Assembly (NCBI GenBank): GCA_030668825.1
Contig: DAOVET010000044.1
Coordinates: 1 to 20,065 of the forward strand
Direction: 5' to 3'
DNA: 20,065 nt
Source: Candidatus Heimdallarchaeota archaeon
GTDB lineage: Archaea > Asgardarchaeota > Heimdallarchaeia > Heimdallarchaeales > Heimdallarchaeaceae
Each line of letters begins with the position of its first letter. Position 1 is the stretch's first letter. This document shows positions 16,877-20,065 of the stretch, piece by piece. A program made the translations under genes and the position numbers. The notes beneath the pieces are model-generated. The model worked only from the letters and a program-made list of their open reading frames with translations. It did not search any database and had not been told where the DNA came from.

Positions 16877-18566
16877 TAATATCCCCATCTTCAGTATAGT
16901 CCATTCTATTAGCAGCTGGAACAGGGGGTAAACCAGGCAACAAGAACATGCTACCACAGACAGGAACGATGAAACGAGCACCAGTGTACAATCTTACTTC
17001 ATCAACATTAAGAGTCCAGTCAGTAGGAGCGCCCATTAAGCCAATTTTATCGGTTATACTGAGCTGAGTTTTAGCCATACACATTGGAAAGTCAGCAAAG
17101 CCTAGAGCTTCGATAACTTTGATGTCTTGTTCAGCTTGGGGAGAATACTCAACATCTTTAGCACCATAAATCTTGGTAGCGATTTTTTCAATCTTGGTTT
17201 TAATAGAATCAGAAAACTCATAAGCGAATTTGACATCACCAGAACCTTTTTCGATGGCAGCAAGAACAGCTTCAGCGAGGTCGAGACCACCTTCACCACC
17301 CTTTATGAAAACTTCACTGACAGCAGCGGTGACGCCGAGAGATTGGCATTTGTCTTTGATCCATTGAATCTCTTCATCAGAATCAAAGGGGAAGCGGTTA
17401 ATGGCGACGACAGGAGGAATGTTGAAGATGTTGAGCATGTTGTCGAGGTGTTTTTCGACATTCTCGAAGCCTTTGGCTAATTCATCCATATGGAGGTTTT
17501 TAGCTTCATCTAAATCTTTGATACCACCGTGAAGTTTGAGAGCTCTTGCAGTAACAACGAGAACAACAGCATTGGGGAGAGTGTCGTATTGGCGAGCGAC
17601 AATGTCGACGAATTTTTCGAAACCGAGATCAGCAGCGAAACCGCCTTCGGTGATAGTGTAGTCAGCGAGTTTGAGAGCGAGCTTGGTGCCGATGATGCTA
17701 GAATTGCCGTGGGCCACATTTGCGAAGGGACCTCCGTGTATGAATCCTGGTACTCCTTCAAAGTTTTGTACTAGGTTTGGTTTTATTGCATCTTTCAGTA
17801 TTAGTGTCATTGCTCCTACTGCTTCTATATCCTTAGCGAATACTGGCTTATCATCATAAGTATATCCTAATAGAATACTCCCTAATCTTTCTTTCAGTTC
17901 TCTCACATCAGCTGCTAGAGCTAAAATAGCCATGATTTCTGAAGCTGCTGTAATCACAAAGCCTGTGTTTCGGATGTCACCACCCATTCTTCTTCCACCA
18001 ATTCCAGTAATAATATCTCTTAATGCTCTATCATTCATATCCATTGCTCTTGGCCATGTTACTTTTGTTGGATCAATGTTACACTTATTTCCTTTTGTTA
18101 AGTGATTGTCAAGCAAAGCTGCGAGTAAATTATGTGCTGAAGTAATTGCATGTATATCTCCTGTAAAATGCAGATTTATGTCCCACATAGGAAAGACTTG
18201 TGAGTATCCTCCTCCTGTAGCTCCTCCTTTTATTCCAAAAGTTGGACCCATTGAAGGTTCTCTTAAAGCGAACATGACTTTCTTGCCCATCTTTTGCATT
18301 GCTTGTGATAGACCTATCGTAGTTACTGTCTTTCCTTCTCCTGCTCTTGATGCAGTCATAGCTGTTACGAAAATTAATTTGCCATCTGGTTTGTCAGAAT
18401 TAAGTATTTTAAGCATGGTTTGGTAATTTATCTTAGCAACATGCTTTCCAAATTGCTCTAGGTCATCTTCTTCTAGACCTACTTTTGCAGCAATTTCTCT
18501 AATGTTTTTCATATCTTTTGCTTTTTCTTGAGCAATTTCAATGTCTTTCTTCATTATAATCATCAT
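16863..18566 (-). CDS. fhs: Formate--tetrahydrofolate ligase
   Basis: GEGKTVTTIGL, LREPSMGPTFGIKGGATGGGYSQV, INLHFTGDIHAITSAHNLL, HGGPFANVAHGNSS, TEGGFAADLGFEKF and CMAKTQLS. Confidence 0.98.
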   Translation of the reverse strand: MMIIMKKDIEIAQEKAKDMKNIREIAAKVGLEEDDLEQFGKHVAKINYQTMLKILNSDKPDGKLIFVTAMTASRAGEGKTVTTIGLSQAMQKMGKKVMFALREPSMGPTFGIKGGATGGGYSQVFPMWDINLHFTGDIHAITSAHNLLAALLDNHLTKGNKCNIDPTKVTWPRAMDMNDRALRDIITGIGGRRMGGDIRNTGFVITAASEIMAILALAADVRELKERLGSILLGYTYDDKPVFAKDIEAVGAMTLILKDAIKPNLVQNFEGVPGFIHGGPFANVAHGNSSIIGTKLALKLADYTITEGGFAADLGFEKFVDIVARQYDTLPNAVVLVVTARALKLHGGIKDLDEAKNLHMDELAKGFENVEKHLDNMLNIFNIPPVVAINRFPFDSDEEIQWIKDKCQSLGVTAAVSEVFIKGGEGGLDLAEAVLAAIEKGSGDVKFAYEFSDSIKTKIEKIATKIYGAKDVEYSPQAEQDIKVIEALGFADFPMCMAKTQLSITDKIGLMGAPTDWTLNVDEVRLYTGARFIVPVCGSMFLLPGLPPVPAANRMDYTEDGDIIGLN

Positions 18567-18771
18567 CTAAGATTGTTAGTTGAACCCTCTTTCTGAGTTT
18601 CAGTTAAAAAATATTTGCATATTCAGATAAATTACATTACTCACTATTATTACAGTAAGACTGATTTTTTACTACCTCTCTTCTGTTAGAATGTTGTCAA
18701 ATAGATACGTTCTAAAATGTCCAAATCCTTTGAAACTTAGAAGTCAAAATCATAGAGTAGTGTATAGTTTA

Positions 18772-19740
18772 ATGAGATGCGAACACCCACAATGTAATGT
18801 TGATGCAGACATACTTTTCTACTGTAGATTCTGCAGAGGTTCATTCTGCCAAAACCACAGAAATTCGCAAGATCACAACTGTCCTTCAGTAAATCAAAGA
18901 ACAGGTACAGCTCCTGGTGCACCCCAAAGTTCTGTTACCCCTGCTGAAGCTATGCGAAGATTTGCCCATAGTGTCTCTCAAGCTGCACAACAATCTCAAC
19001 AAGCTCAACATTCTCAAGAGTCACAACCTGCACCTAAGTATTTTGCAGATGAAAAAAGTCAGAAAAAGTTCATAGTACAACGTCTTACTGAATCTGGACA
19101 GCTTTTTACATTGGGTAATGAAGTTTTGGACATTCTTTTCGGCTTTGCTCTAATAGTGCTTGTTTTCGGTCTCTTTCAATATTTTGCTGGTTCTACAGGT
19201 ATTTGGTGGTGGGGATTTGTAGTTTCCTTTGCTTTAGTTGGCACTGCTTTTCTACCTCATGAACTAGCTCATAAGTTTGTTGCTATAAGAAAAGGTCAAT
19301 ATGCTAGATACATCCTTTGGGTAAGGGGGTTGATGTTTACTCTATTAACATTGGTAATCGGAATAGGTCTAATCGTTCCTGGTTTTGTCGCTATTGTTCC
19401 GATGAGTAGACAAATGAATAAAAGGGATTTAGGGTTAGTTGCTTTTGCTGGACCTTTTACAAATGCGATAATAGGATTTGTTAGCTTGATTTTTGGATTC
19501 TTAACTCATTATGGTGCTATAGCTTTACCTCCTCTCTTAGCAAGTCCTAATATCTTTATCCTAGTTGCTCAGTTTAACGGTTTAATTGCGCTCTTCAATT
19601 GCATACCAGTCTGGCAACTTGATGGTAAGAAAATATTGAATTGGAGTAAAGTTGCATATTTTGCACTAATCGCTGCTAATCTGGCATTAGTCATACCTGC
19701 ATTCATAATTAATCCCTCTTTTCTTTCGGGGGGTTCATAA
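18772..19740 (+). CDS. AN1-type zinc finger fused to site-2 protease (peptidase M50)
   Basis: CEHPQC...FYCRFCRGSFCQNHR...HNC (AN1), a Gln/Ser-rich linker, then HELAH, AGPFTN and FNCIPVWQLDG. Start probably ATG 18772 (track gives 18691). Confidence 0.9.
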   Translation: MRCEHPQCNVDADILFYCRFCRGSFCQNHRNSQDHNCPSVNQRTGTAPGAPQSSVTPAEAMRRFAHSVSQAAQQSQQAQHSQESQPAPKYFADEKSQKKFIVQRLTESGQLFTLGNEVLDILFGFALIVLVFGLFQYFAGSTGIWWWGFVVSFALVGTAFLPHELAHKFVAIRKGQYARYILWVRGLMFTLLTLVIGIGLIVPGFVAIVPMSRQMNKRDLGLVAFAGPFTNAIIGFVSLIFGFLTHYGAIALPPLLASPNIFILVAQFNGLIALFNCIPVWQLDGKKILNWSKVAYFALIAANLALVIPAFIINPSFLSGGS

Positions 19741-19804
19741 TTTATCTAAAATAGAGATTTTTATGATTTCAATCAAAAAAGATAATTATAGGGACTCTTA
19801 ACTA

Positions 19805-19872
19805 GATTAGGGATGAACAAGGCATTACTGAGAGCTTTTGCTCTATGACGAGTCATAGTTAGTCTGATTAAC
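19805..19872 (+). ncRNA. Box C/D 2'-O-methylation guide sRNA (double guide, large-subunit rRNA H69 and H70/71)
   Basis: C-like box GGGATGA 19810-19816, guide ACAAGGCATTA, D' CTGA 19828-19831, hairpin GAGC-TTTT-GCTC, C' ATGACGA 19845-19851, guide GTCATAGTTAGT, D CTGA 19864-19867. The guides are complementary to the conserved LSU rRNA motifs AAUGCCUUGU and UAACUAUGAC. Confidence 0.85.
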
Positions 19873-20065
19873 TATATCTTCTTCCTATTTTTTTGTACCT
19901 CTTCTTCTTTAATTGGTGTAAGCTTTCTGATCCTAACATAGCCATTGTGGTTCGTAGCTCAAAAATAAAAGTAGTAATAAACTTCCTCAATTCACTTACC
20001 CCACCCTTTGCCAGAGCTCTTAATACTGGGAGTGCAAAGGCTACATAATCAGCACCTAAAATTAG
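19868..20065 (-). CDS. fni: C-terminus of an FMN-dependent TIM-barrel enzyme, probably type 2 isopentenyl-diphosphate isomerase
   Basis: Manual translation LILGADYVAFALPVLRALAKGGVSELRKFITTFIFELRTTMAMLGSESLHQLKKKRYKKIGRRYS*. The LGAD....ALP and EL...M.MLG pattern fits IDI-2, but an alpha-hydroxy-acid dehydrogenase is not excluded. Confidence 0.6.
   Translation of the reverse strand, partial: LILGADYVAFALPVLRALAKGGVSELRKFITTFIFELRTTMAMLGSESLHQLKKKRYKKIGRRYS

Noticed and set aside
8591-16915. fhs-end repeats as a CRISPR array, DGR template/variable repeats or a classical integron
   Set aside because: Spacing is 0.6-5.4 kb, differences are at synonymous positions and not adenine-specific, and no reverse transcriptase or IntI is present in the window.
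17102-18426. Six alternative-frame ORFs inside fhs
   Set aside because: Shadows of a conserved gene, favoured by the GC-rich patch. No recognisable motifs.
1932-18922. Other small overlapping ORFs (1932, 5007, 5837, 7216, 11310, 11999, 16269, 18737)
   Set aside because: All lie within longer, well-supported genes and lack independent evidence.

Overview
AT-rich archaeal DNA, most consistent with an Asgard (Heimdallarchaeia-like) genome; this taxonomy is inferred from gene families and style, not proven. Left to right it holds a truncated beta-helix surface-protein gene, a stand-alone 522-aa TnpB/Cas12f-like nuclease with a Fanzor-type rearranged RuvC site and structured flanks, TPR, SDR and acyltransferase genes, and a tandem pair of ICMT/PEMT-family methyltransferases. 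These are followed by about 8 kb of accessory surface and membrane genes, an intact fhs, an AN1-zinc-finger/M50 protease, a box C/D sRNA and the 3' end of a probable IDI-2 gene. The most striking structure is three orphan copies of the fhs 3' end (8627-8866, 14254-14298, 14861-14913), all in the same orientation as the intact gene and each separated by different cargo. The copies differ mostly at synonymous sites, and fhs itself has a patch of foreign codon usage. This looks like a gene-capture array built by repeated replacement of the fhs 3' end, with no integrase in the window. A second clear unannotated element is a double-guide box C/D sRNA whose guides match helices 69-71 of large-subunit rRNA.
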